Below are positions 13,277 to 24,945 of a DNA stretch of 64,000 nt, in pieces (within the stretch, counting starts at the first letter, position 1; each line of letters starts with the position of its first letter). Made by a program: the position numbers and the translations under genes. The stretch comes from Somniosus microcephalus (Eukaryota). The stretch is from positions 139,872,001 to 139,936,000 of the forward strand of contig CM126209.1 in assembly GCA_052327205.1 (NCBI GenBank). Direction: 5' to 3'. The notes beneath the pieces are model-generated. The model was given only the letters and a program-made list of their open reading frames with translations, was not told the origin of the DNA and did not search any database.

Positions 13277-13361
13277 ATGCGGAGAGGCAGCACACTGAGG
13301 ATGGATTTCCTGTGTCTCCTTGCCTTCACGATGATGTTTGGACTGTGCAGCAGTGCAAGGG
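13277..13361 (+). CDS. Signal-peptide-encoding first coding exon of an unidentified secreted/membrane protein (exon 13259-13361): MRRGSTLRMDFLCLLAFTMMFGLCSSAR(G)
   Basis: Branch point tgactaat, long pyrimidine tract ...ttctctag| and donor |gtaagt with a phase-1 intron. In-frame TGA upstream (13262). ATG 13277, and ATG 13301 in strong Kozak context (aggATGg). Basic n-region, hydrophobic core, small residues at the cleavage site. Confidence 0.6.
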
Positions 13362-13591
13362 GTAAGTAGCAATAGTACTAGTGCTGCCATATTTTTTGTT
13401 AATGGTAAGGAACCTAGGTGAAGGGCTGAGACCCATATGCTGGACACCAGTGAGGTTCCAAAGGGTAGAAGAGGACATGAGGTAAATCATGAATTAGGGA
13501 TTAGTACATGCCAAGCTTTGGAATTAAAAGCCTATAGATTGTAGGAAGAAGGAAAGATTAAAAAGGGTCAGGAGTGTCAGGGGCAGGCTTA

Positions 13592-14772
13592 TGAGTCAGG
13601 AGATCCAGGGGCAGGTTTAGGGGTCAGGAGATCCAGGGGCAGGTTTAGGGGTCAGGAGATCATGGGGCAGGTTTAGGGGTCAGGAGTTCCAGGGGCAGGT
13701 TTAGGGGTCAGGAGTTCCAGGGGCAGGTTTAGGGGTCCGGAGTTCCAGGGGCAGGTTTAGGGGTCCGGAGTTCCAGGGGCAGGTTTAGGGGTCAGGAGTT
13801 CCAGGGGCAGGTTTAGGGGTCAGGAGTTCCAGGGGCAGGTTTAGGGGTCAGGAGTTCCGGGGCAGGTTTAGGGGTCAGGAGATCCAGGGGCAGGTTTAGG
13901 GGTCAGGAGATCCAGGGGCAGCTTTAGGGGTCAGGAGTTCCAGGGGCAGGTTTAGGGGTCAGGAGTTCCAGGGGCAGGTTTAGGGGTCAGGAGATCCAGG
14001 GGCAGGTTTAGGGGTCAGGAGTTCCAGGGGCAGGTTTAGGGGTCAGGAGTTCCAGGGGCAGGTTTAGGGGTCAGGAGATCCAGGGGCAGGTTTAGGGGTC
14101 AGGAGATCCAGGGGCAGGTTTAGGGGTCAGGAGATCCAGGGGCAGGTTTAGGGGTCAGGAGTTCCGGGGCAGGTTTAGGGGTCAGGAGATCCAGGGGCAG
14201 GTTTAGGGGTCAGGAGTTCCAGGGGCAGGTTTAGGGGTCAGGAGATCCAGGGGCAGGTTTAGGGGTCAGGAGTTCCAGGGGCAGGTTTAGGGGTCAGGAG
14301 TTCCAGGGGCAGGTTTAGGGGTCAGGAGTTCCAGGGGCAGGTTTAGGGGTCAGGAGATCCAGGGGCAGGTTTAGGGGTCAGGAGTTCCAGGGGCAGGTTT
14401 AGGGGTCAGGAGATCCAGGGGCAGGTTTAGGGGTCAGGAGTTCCAGGGGCAGGTTTAGGGGTCAGGAGTTCCAGGGGCAGGTTTAGGGGTCAGGAGTTCC
14501 AGGGGCAGGTTTAGGGGTCAGGAGTTCCAGGGGCAGGTTTAGGGGTCAGGAGATCCAGGGGCAGGTTTAGGGGTCAGGAGATCCAGGGGCAGGTTTAGGG
14601 GTCAGGAGTTCCAGGGGCAGGTTTAGGGGTCAGGAGTTCCGGGGCAGGTTTAGGGGTCAGGAGATCCAGGGGCAGGTTTAGGGGTCAGGAGTTCCAGGGG
14701 CAGGTTTAGGGGTCAGGAGATCCAGGGGCAGGTTTAGGGGTCAGGAGTTCCAGGGGCAGGTTTAGGGGTCCG
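13592..14772. repeat. 28-bp G-rich minisatellite (GGGGTCAGGAG[T/A]TCCAGGGGCAGGTTTA), ~42 copies
   Basis: Period 28 (units at 13620 and 13648). Two alternating variants. Confidence 0.97.
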
Positions 14773-15004
14773 GCGTTCTAGGCATCAGGATTTCCTTTTT
14801 AGCGCTTGGGTGTAAGGTGGATCACTTGGTGGAAAATAGGGCAGGTGGGATCGCACACCCTTGACGGAGCCTGGCCCATCTTCCTCCCACTAATTTAAGT
14901 GGACACAAAATCAGGTGGGTTCTGTCAGGAGTATCCCTGGCCGGTACAAAAGAGGGGAGACAAACGAGGGATGTTCAAAGGCGTGGTAATCACCGTAGCA
15001 AGAG

Positions 15005-15360
15005 AAAAAAGAACTTGTGTTTATGTAGCGCCTTTCATGACCTCAGAACGTCCCAAAGCACTTTACAGACAATGAAGTACTTTTTGAAGTGTAGTCACTT
15101 ATGTATTGTAGGAAATGTGCACAGCAAGCTCCCACAAACAGCAATGAGATAATGACCAGATAATGTTGGTTGAGGAATGATTGTTGGCCAGGACACCGGG
15201 GATAACTCCCCTGCTCTTCTTCAAAATAGTGCCGTGGGATCTTTTACGTCGAGAGAGCAGACGAGGCCTCAGTTTAATGTCTTGTCCGAAAGACGGCACC
15301 TCCGATAGTGCAGCACTCCCTCAGTACTGCACTGGAATGTTGGCCTAGATTATGTGCTGA
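15005..15360 (-). mobile_element. Deu-domain SINE fragment
   Basis: Reverse complement of the core and tail seen at 2071-2400. Confidence 0.8.
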
Positions 15361-15904
15361 TGTGTAGAGGAGGGGACAGCGAGCAGCTACTGGAGGCATT
15401 CATTGGTAATTCTGCATCTTTGCTACACAAGCAAGAGAATTCTCATTTTGCGTTTGTCTTCTCGAGCTGAGAAAATTAACTGCTGCAGTTGCATGGTCAG
15501 GCCCAGGAGGCATTTATTATATAAAAACAACAAACCTTTTGGTTCAGAAGAACAAATAACTTCTTAAAGTAGACAGCTGACTAATGAAGGCTCGGAAGCA
15601 CTGCTTCCCTTGTGCATATCATGTTTTTTTTTAAATAGCCAATCTCCCCTCTCCATTAATTTTAAAGTCGGCTCTCTTAAAGGGATGGTGTCACCATGAC
15701 GACATGAACTGCAGGACATTTATTTCTATGGACCTTTTTCTTGTGAATCTCTCGTTTTTTGCTCTGTACTTCTGGTTTTCTTCACCACCAACTATTCTTG
15801 GCTAATAAGGCTGATGGGTAGCTTGCTCCACGTTTCTGTCAATGGTGTACCCAGCTGGCACGATGTGCACAGCTAGCCTGGCACTGAATCTGTTTCTGAT
15901 TTCT

Positions 15905-16348
15905 TTTTTAATATTCTCAGCGTTTAATATGTGGGCGTCGCTGGCAAGGCCAGTATTTATCGCCCATCCTTAGTTGTCCTTGAGAATGTGGTGGTGAGCC
16001 GCCTTCTTGAACCGCTGCAGTCCGTGTGGTAAAGGTACTCCCACAGTGCTGTTGGGTAGGGAGTTCCAGGACTTTGACCAAGCGACGATGAAGGATTGAC
16101 GATATATGTCCAAGTCAGGATGGTGTGTGACTTGTAGGGGGACTTGGAGGTGGCGGTGTTCCTATGCACCTGCTGCCCTTGTCCTCCTAGGTGGTAGAGG
16201 GCGCAGGTTTGGGAGGTGCTGCCGATGAAGCCTTGGTGAGTTGCTGCAGTGCATCTTGTAGATGGTACACACTGCAGCCACGGTACGCCAGTGGTGGAGG
16301 GAGTGAATGTTTAAGCCGATGGATGGGGTGTCAATCAAGTGGGCTGCT
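15905..16348 (-). mobile_element. LINE 3' fragment, same family as 6107-6925
   Basis: High similarity to 6125-6545. Confidence 0.85.
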
Positions 16349-16559
16349 TCTGATTTTTCCCTCTGGCTATATTGGAGAAAGACCCTGGCTGAGATGAGTA
16401 GCTGAGATCAGGAGCTTCATGACATGGGAAAACAAGCGTGTGAGCCCCACAGCCTCGAGAAAGCATAAAATTACCTTTGGTTCAGTGAGATGGGTTTGAG
16501 TTCCCACCGTGGCATAGTGGTTAATAAATGCACTGCCTGATGTTGTACTGACCATGTGT

Positions 16560-16880
16560 ACAAAAAGAAAACAAAATACTACGGATGCTGGAAATCTGTA
16601 ATCAAAACAGAAAATGCTGGAAACACTCAGCAGGTCAGACAGCATCTGTGAAGAGAGAAACAGAGTTAGTGCTCCAAGCCGATGACCCTTCACCAGAACT
16701 GGAAGAAGTTAGAATTTTAACAAGTTTTAAGCAAGTACAGAGCCAGGGAAAAGGGAGGAGGGTGGAGGAAAGAAAAAAAGGGGAAGGTCTGTGATGGGGT
16801 GGCGGGCAGGAGTGATTAAATGGCAAAAGGGATGACGGTGCAAGGCAAAAGGGGGTGGTAATGGGACAGGAAAAGAAACC
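16560..16880 (-). mobile_element. Penelope-type short repeat with degenerate hammerhead motif
   Basis: caaaatactacggatgctggaaatc...cagcaggtcagacagcatctgtg shared with 25643-26040. Minus-strand core reads ctggtga...ggag (mutated). Confidence 0.6.
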
Positions 16881-17460
16881 GCCTTTACAAACCAAAAGGC
16901 TGAGCCATTAGCTGATCTCAGCCCGTGCAGCAGTTGCCTTCAGTTCCCCAGTATTGAGGAGGACAGAAACCCCAGGGTCCACTTGCTATTCCATGATCTC
17001 AGCTGAAATAAATCTGAATGCATGTGCGTGTGAGTGGGAAGAATCAAGCTTCAGTGTGCTAAGCCCCATGTTTGAATGAGCTGCTGAAGCTCACTGTCGA
17101 GGCTGAAAGTGCCGTCAGGAGCAGAGAGGAGAAATAATTTCTTTTGAAACCAAGTGGGCTGTTTACAAAATGAAAGTTGGTGGGGTTCATAAGGCAATAT
17201 GACAGTGAGTGAAAGGGTCCAGACAAGATCCACAACTATCCCAACATCACAGTGCCATTAAGGGTGAGCTCTGTTAATAAAACAAGGATATAAAGGAGAA
17301 TTTACATTGATCTAGTGGCTCGGCACATTCTCAAGTCGCCCCAAAACATTTTGTAATTGTTGAATTGCCTTTGACGTTGCGTTAGTCAAATGCAGGAGCC
17401 AATTCGCTCACAGCAAAATTTGACAAACAGCAATCAGATGAATCATTGGATAATCTGTCT

Positions 17461-18306
17461 TTAACACAGGAACCCGTTTTGATGAGGATGACAAGGCCAT
17501 TGCCCTGGAATGGTTCTCCACTGTCTGGACTACTAAAGCTGCTCGTGGTGACGCAGATTGCTGCTTGGAGACGAGACACTTCTGCTGCCCAGATTGGGAT
17601 CGTGTAATGACCTGGTGATCAAACGATCAACAGGTTAACGGTAAAGTGATGCTGGGGGTCAGTAACCGATTACACAATACAAAAGCAAAATACTGCGGAT
17701 GCTGGAAATCTGAAATAGTTTGATCACCAGGCCAATCCTGCACTGACTACACAATGTCGGTGTTGGTTGAGGGAGGAATGTTGATCAGGACACCGGGAGA
17801 ACTCCCTGCTTTGCTTGAAATAGTGCCGCAGGATATTTTTTTAGTTCTGGGCAGACAGTGTTGTCCTAAAACTGCACTTTCAACAATGTCTCCCTCCCTC
17901 GGGGCCACCCCACTCCACACTGCATTGAACTGTCTTGATACAACACCCGTGATGCAGGTAAACTTTTAGGAGAAAATTCACGATGACCTGTGGTACTGGA
18001 AGCAGCAGTCTTGGTCTGCTGCTCTTCTGTGCACATTCGCTTAGTTCCCTTCATCTTCTCCAACCCCCTCCCCCAGCCACCCATTGAGACATTGTGTAGT
18101 TGGTTACTGACCACCAGCATCACTTTAACGTTAACCTGTTGATCGTTTGATCACCAGGTCATTACACGATCCCAATCTGGGCAGCAGAAGTGTCTCGTCT
18201 CCAAGCAGCAATTTGCATCACCACGAGCAGCTTTAGTAGTCGACAGCGAAGAACCATTCCAGGGCAATGGCCTTGTCCTCCTCATCAAAACAGTTTCCTG
18301 TGTTAA
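17461..18306. repeat. Inverted duplication, arms ~17461-17678 and ~18091-18306
   Basis: The arms are reverse complements (roughly 90% identical by eye) around a ~410 bp spacer. Confidence 0.92.
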
Positions 18307-18589
18307 TAAATGCCCTGTGCGGTACAGATCCAATTCGCTGATTTCAGCTGGGGCAGCAGTTCTACAATAGACCTCCACACCCATGGATTAGAAAGCGTTC
18401 TGCTCCTGATCGCTATCCAGTAATCTCTGCTGAAAATTGCATATGTGGGCAGGATCAGGATCAGGTAGGATTGGTGCCCCTTCCGTGGTCAAGTAGCCCA
18501 TCAGCAGTGAGGCCTGCACATGAACAGCAGCCATTTGAACAAGGGTACCATAGAGTCTCACTGGTAAAGGAAAGAGCATGCGTTTATAC

Positions 18590-18712
18590 AGTGATCCCCC
18601 TCGGCACTGCACCGAAGGGTCGCCCTAAATTATATGCTCAATTCCTAGAGTGGGGCTTGAACCCGCAATCTTCTGACTCGGAGACGAGGGTGCTACCAAA
18701 TGAGCCACGCTG
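18590..18712 (-). mobile_element. tRNA-derived SINE head fragment
   Basis: Minus strand shows A-box-like TGGCTCATTTGG and B box GGTTCAAGCC, as in 11378-11835. Confidence 0.65.
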
Positions 18713-19640
18713 ACATTATACTAGTATAAACAACTGTACTCGTGAGACTCATGGCAAGAGTGAACATTGGGAGCGGGATCTATAGAAATGAATTACAAGT
18801 CCATTGTCTGGTGGCCTGTTCCTGAAGCAGTGCGAATATGAGTGGTTGGACATGGTCCTCTGGCAGATTCTGTGAAATCGCCCTCACTTGGAGTTACTGT
18901 AATTGTTGTATCTCATTCTTATAAACATAGAATCATAGAATAGTGCAGCACAGAAGGAGGCCATTTCAAAGAGCAATCCCATTAGTCCCACTCCCCTGCT
19001 CTTTCCCCATCGCCCTACAATTTTTTCTCCTTCAAGTATTTATCCAGTTCCCTTTTCATATGGAACTATGTTTATTTTTAAGTAGGTTTACAATCTGCCA
19101 CACTCTAATCTCATTACTGGACATTTCTCCTAATGTCGGTAGATCTGGTTTTAGTGACCATGTTTAGGGTTAGCACACATTCTCCGGAGAAAGGGAACTG
19201 ACTGACAGTTAAAAGGGCCGCAGTCACTTTAGACCCAGGGGTACCAGCCTCTTCAGATTTAGGCAATGGTAGGGGAGGAGAGGAGTTCTCTGTGCATGCC
19301 GTTAATACTGGGAAAGAATAAATAAACAAACTGCACATTCCAGCTTAACTGCCTCCTACTGTTAGCTCTCATTATACACATAATAGATTCAAAGTATGGC
19401 TGCCCGTTCTTGGTAAAAGCTGTATGAAACTCTTCTATAAACTCTCAGCACAAACAGTGCACTTCTGAATTGTGTTTGCAGGATGCTGAGATCATAAAAG
19501 TCATAACTATAACAAGGTAGAAGAGCTCTAGTCCACAGTGATGTCTTAGCAGCACTTTCTCATTCTTTCTCATTGTTGCTCTTGTCCTTTTTCTTTTGTC
19601 CCTTGCTCACTTTCACACTTGCCCTCTCCTCTCACACTAT

Positions 19641-21755
19641 GGCCCAGACTTTGCGGTCAGTGGCGAAGGTATGGCGCTCGCCGTTCATTTTGCTTACAGC
19701 TGCCCACAGACTTTTCGCAGGCCTTTGAGCGCAACCTACGGTTACTAGAGATCCTTTTCTGTGCGGTGCCCTCTACAGATGGATCTGTGGTGTGTGTGAG
19801 CAGGTCAAGCAACAGCATAGCTCTTCAACCAATCAGATTTTAGAATCCTCACTAAGGCGATTTTCCCAGCCCCGAGGAGGCAGGTTCGGAAACGGGACAG
19901 TTGGCAAAATGGTAAATCTGAGGGCGGGTTCGGAACCCGCCTCCAATCCACCTCTGCGCAATTTTGCCAGAGGCGGGTTTGATGGGTGCGATTCGGTCCA
20001 GCCTCCATCAGTCTGGAGAGGTAGTTAAGGGCCTCTATAATCCTATTTTGACAAGTCTTTGTTATTTTGCCACATTTTGTGCGTGTTGCACGACCCTCCT
20101 AAACCACGCCAGCTAATCCTGTGGGTGGCCTCCTCACAGCTGCAGCTCCACCATTAAAACCGAGCTTTCATCAGGGAGCAGTTGCAGGTGGCAGAACTTT
20201 TGTTCCAAAGGTCTTTCAGCACTTTTAGCAGGCCTACCAAAGTCGGAAGTGCTGCAGCTTCTATCTCTCAACTGTGGGACCTCCTTGGAAGACCCTCTCC
20301 CCGCTTGGACTAAGTGCTTCCCCAATGGAGGTATCTGCCAGCAGCATGGGAACCATTTATTTCTTTTCCCTATGGTCTCCAGAATGGTCATGGTCTGCTG
20401 TGCACTGCACAACATGGCACAGCGTCGTGGCTTGCAGCTTCCTGATGTGCAAGTGGCTCAGTTCATAGCCTCCTCAGATGAGGAGGAGGAGGAGGCCCGA
20501 ACGGCAGCGTATCGCCCAGCAGCAGTGGCAGCACACGAGCACATGGCTGCAAGGGATGCACTCATCCTGGCCAGATTTGCATAGGTTGCCCATTGTGGCA
20601 CATGTGCTTGGCTCCTTCTTAACACATGATAGACAATGGACATGACTCTCTGACCACCAACCTGACCACGCAAGTGTCACGGAGCCTGCAATGTGGAGCT
20701 GCCTAAGCTGAAATAACATGCCATCACACCAACAGTTTGCCATCACCTAATTTTGATAAATTCACACAGGGATGGCATTTCATCAATAAACAGAAACAAT
20801 CACCCAATCTGTACACAGGTCTGGAGGTTATATCCCTTGCCAGCTGGACCCACACAGCCTTGGTTTCTTTGTGAGGCCTCTTCCTCCCAGGTGAGGGGAA
20901 GAGCATCTCCCTGCTAGCTCTCGCCCCCTCAACCAGCATACCAGCGCCTCATCCGAGAATCTTTGGGAGGCCCTTGCCTTAGAGCTGGCCATTCTTCAAG
21001 GAGATAAAAATTTGGAGGTGGTGCAGCATCGACCAAAAACCAGTGGAATGAGCCAAGGCAGCAAGCAGCCCTTAAATGAAGTTGGATAAGTGACGTCAGC
21101 AGAGGCGAGTTTCAGTCCCAAAAGACTAATTGGCCCAGGGGAACCCACACCTCTGAAAGTAACTGGCCAATTAGGGGAAAATCGCAAATTTTTCCCACTT
21201 GATAGCGGAGGCGGGTTAGGAACCCACCAAAACCGAAACTCGCCTCCAATGGGAAAATCACACCCACAGAATCTAAACCAGGAAGTATAAATTAGAATAT
21301 TTAATTCAGTGTAAAATCATGTACAGAAAGCGAAATAAAGTGAGGGAAAGAAAGATGGGATTAAGAGAGAGAGATAAAAGAGACAGAAAGAAAAAGTAAA
21401 AAAAACTTTTAATTTTTTCATTTAAAAAAAAATCTCCAACAAGAGTTAAATTCTACAGGAATGAGACTCCACACTTGTAAAATTAAATTTTCAGTGCCAG
21501 GGTGGTTGTTTGGCAGTAGTTAAGACTTATCACGCTGTTAAAAAGGCACCAGCCCTAACATTTTCTGGTGTGTAAGTACCACAACTTCACGCCCTTCATT
21601 TATTTCAGTGTCAAGTCTCTCGGCGAGGTACCAGTGTAGTAAAGCTTGTGGAGGGCAAATCGGACAGCAACTTCTAGATTTCTGCATTTAACTGCGCATG
21701 TGCGGACACCAGGTGCTGATAGCCTCACCGTTATTTCCACCACAAAATCTGGGCC
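19641..21755. mobile_element. Harbinger-like MITE (outer element) with 16-bp TIRs and a 3-bp TAT TSD
   Basis: Left end ggcccagactttgcgg; right end (reverse complement) ggcccagattttgtgg; flanked by tat on both sides. Confidence 0.7.
19855..21265. mobile_element. Internally deleted PIF/Harbinger element nested in the MITE
   Basis: Termini ggcgattttccc / gggaaaatcacaccc. + strand HARBI1-like transposase C-terminus (VSRMVMVCCALHNMA...DEEEEE...ARDALILARF, ~20372-20584). Convergent - strand Myb/SANT-like remnant (LVEGARASREMLFP...AVWVQLARDITSR, 20724-20939). Confidence 0.75.
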
Positions 21756-22377
21756 TATATCTCACTCGTGCCCTCTCTAATTCTCTCCCACTCTCTCTTC
21801 TCCTGTATTGTTGTCTCTCGGACTGTGTCTCACTCTTGCTTTTTCTAGCTCCCTCCATTCTCTCTCTAAACACCCCATGCTGTCTCACACCGCCTCACTT
21901 TTGCTCTCTAGTTCTCTGCCACTCTCTTCCCCCATTGCTATCTCTCACACTGTGTCGCACACTTGCTCTCTCTAGTTCTGTCCCATTCGCATTCTCTAAT
22001 TTTAAAATGGTTTCCAGTATAGAGCAATTTCAAAACTGTTGTTTGAGATTCACTGAGAGGCAGGATGTATTTTATGAAACATCTCTGCAAAACAGAGAAC
22101 ATTTCTGTGATGACTGATGCATGTGGCTGACGGGCACATTTTAAACTTTGCCACCCATTGGCTGATATTTTGGACTGAATGAATTATTTGAAAGGGATTT
22201 GGTGTATCTGAGTTCTCCCTTTCCAGCATTTTACAAAAACCGTACTTCTCAAGTCTCACTTATTTTCAATAACAGATTTTTGTGGGGGAAAAATATTTTA
22301 ATGGGAGAACATATGGCACAGCTGTGTATTGTAGCCATTCGTTCAGTGAAAGGCACAGTCAGGGTTCAACAACAACA

Positions 22378-22828
22378 GGGATGAGGGATTATAGTTACAT
22401 GGAGAGACTGGAGAAGCTGGGACGGTTCTCCTTAGAACAGAGAAGGTTAAGAGGAAGTTTAATAGAGGTGTTCAAAATTGAGGGGTTTTGATAGAGTGGA
22501 TAGGGAGAAACTGTTTCCACTGCCAGGAGGGTCGGTAATTAGAGGACACAGATTAAAAATAATTGGCAAAAGAACCAGAGGGGAGATGAGACATTTTATT
22601 ACGCAACAAGTTGTTATGATCTCGAATGCACTGCCTGAAAGGATGGTGGAAGCAGATTCAATAATAACTTTCAAAAGGGAATTGGATATATACTTGAAAA
22701 GGAAAAAAAATGCATTGCTATGGGGAAAGAGTAGGGGGAGTGAGATTAATTGCAGAGCTCCTTCAAAGAACTGGCACAGGCACGATGGGCCAAATGGCCC
22801 CTTCTGTGCTGTATTATTGTATGATTCT
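22378..22828 (+). mobile_element. CR1 3' fragment
   Basis: SYMERLEKLG.FSLEQRRLRG...RGHRLKI plus a CR1 3' UTR. Confidence 0.85.
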
Positions 22829-23154
22829 GACCGCTTGTGTTTATGTAGTGCCTTTAACACTGAAAATTGTTCCAAGGCACTACTACTGATGGCAAAATAG
22901 GAATGGACACCAAGCCATGTTGGCAGAGTGAGGAGAGGGAACTGAATTCTTGGTCAAAGAGGTGTGTTTTAAGAAGATATTTAAAGGTGTAGAGAGGTGG
23001 GGGGATTTATGGAATCAGTAGCAGATAATCAAAGGCCAAGCATTTAAAGACTTAAGCAGCAAGGTTTCAGAATGAGGTGAATAGGGTCACTCCAAGATGA
23101 TGGCTATTTCTTTGAGATCCAATATTGGGTAAATTAACCTTTACCTCTTGTGTC

Positions 23155-24048
23155 GCCCAAGCAACTATCCTCGGCTCCCTCCCATTTCTCATCTACATGC
23201 TATCCCTCGGCGATCATCCGAAAACACAGCATCAGTTTCCACCTGTACGCTGACAACACCCAGCTCTACCTCACCACCACCTCTCTCGACCCCGCCACTG
23301 TCTCTAAATTGTCATCTAGTACTGGATGAGCAGAAACTTCCTCCAACTAAAAATTGGGAAGACCAAATTCATTGCCTTCGGTTCCCACCCCATCTCCACT
23401 CCCTGGCAACTGTCTGAGGCTGAACCTTGGTGTCATATTTGAGCTTCCGACCACATGTCCACGCCATCATTAAAACCCCCTATTTCCACCTCTGGAACAT
23501 CGCCCGACTCTGCCTCTGCGCAGCTCATCTGCTGCTGAAACCCTCATCCATGCCATTGTTACCTCTAGACTTGACTATTCCAACACAGTCCTGGCTGGCC
23601 TCCCACGTTCTATCCTCTGTAAACTTGAGGTCATCCAAAACTCAACTGCCCGTGTCCTAACTCGCATCAAGTCCCATTCACCCACCTCACTGAACTATAT
23701 TGGCTCCCGGTTAAGCAATGCCTCAATTTTAAAATTCTTATCCTTGTTTTCCAATCCCTTCATGGCCTCACCCCACCCTATCTCTGTAATCTCCTCCAGC
23801 CCCACAAATCACTGAGATATCTGCGCTCCTCTAATTCTGGTTTCTTGAGCAGCCTTGATTTTAATTGCTCAACCATTGGTGGCTGTGCCTTCACCTGCCT
23901 AAGCACTAAAATCTGGAATTCCCTCCCTAAACCTCTCCGCCTCACCACCTCTCTTTCCTCCTTTAAGACGCTCCTTAAAAGCTACCTCTTTGACCCTCAT
24001 CTGCCCTTATATCTCCTTATGTGGCTCGGTGTCAAATTTTATTTTATA
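23155..24048 (+). mobile_element. L2 3' fragment, decayed
   Basis: Reverse-orientation homolog of 185-1250. Confidence 0.85.
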
Positions 24049-24050
24049 AT

Positions 24051-24145
24051 AAGAACATAAGAAATAGGAGCAGGAGTAGGCCAATCGGCCCCTCGAGCCT
24101 GCTCCGCCATTCAATAAGATCATGGCTGATCTGATCCTAACCGCC
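24051..24145 (-). mobile_element. CR1 extreme 3' end
   Basis: (aagaacat)n tail plus the conserved ggagcagg...cctgctcc hairpin. Confidence 0.75.
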
Positions 24146-24190
24146 AATCCACTATGACAGGACTATCTCCTGAATCTAACAGAATTAGAC

Positions 24191-24945
24191 ACACGAAATA
24201 GGAGCAGGATCAGGCTACACGGCCCCTGGGCCCGCTCCGCTACCCACAGGGCCATGACCGATCCGAACCTAGACTCGTGTCCAAAATCCTGCCCGCTCCC
24301 CGTAACCCTTAATTCCCTTTACTTCTAGGAAACTGTCTATTTCTGTTTTAAATTTATGTAATGATGTAGCTTCTACAGCTTTTTGGGGCAGCATATTCCA
24401 TGGACCTACCACCCTCTGAGTGAAGTAGTTCCTCCTCATCTCAGTTTTGAACGAGCAGCCCCTTATTCTAAGACTATGCCCCCTAGTTCTAGTTTCACCC
24501 ATCATCGGGAACATCTTCCCCGCATCCACCCGATCCAACCCCTTCACAATCTTATATGTTTCAATAAGATCGCCTCTCATTCTTCTGAACTCCAATGAGT
24601 AGAGTCCCAATCTACTCAACCTCTCCTCATATGTCCATCCCCTCATCCCCGGGATTAACCGAGTGAACCTTCTTTGTACTGACTCGAGAGCAAGTATGTC
24701 CTTTCTTAAGTATGGACACCAAAACTGTACGCAGTATTCCAGGTGCGGTCTCACCAATACCTTGTACAACTGAAGCAATACCTCCCTATTTTTATATTCT
24801 ATCCCCCTAGCAATGAAAGCCAACATTCCATTGGCCTTCTTAATCACTTGCTGCACCTGCATACTAACCTTTTGAGTTTTGTGCACCAGGACCCCCAGAT
24901 CCCTTTGTACTTCAGTACTTTCCAGTTTCTTGCCATTAAGATAAT
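24191..24945 (-). mobile_element. CR1 3' fragment, close to the family of 3965-7005
   Basis: ORF 24269-24886 (RPHLEYCVQFW, GCSFKTEMRRN). Confidence 0.92.

Noticed and set aside
9558-14772. CRISPR-like appearance of 28-34 bp repeats
   Set aside because: Units are head-to-tail without unique spacers, there are no cas genes, and the context is vertebrate.
13592-14772. Interstitial telomere or Ig switch region
   Set aside because: Only one TTAGGG per 28-bp unit, and no V/J/C exon or RSS was recognised nearby.
20249-20584. Domesticated HARBI1 host gene
   Set aside because: Only a C-terminal fragment inside a TIR-bounded deleted transposon.
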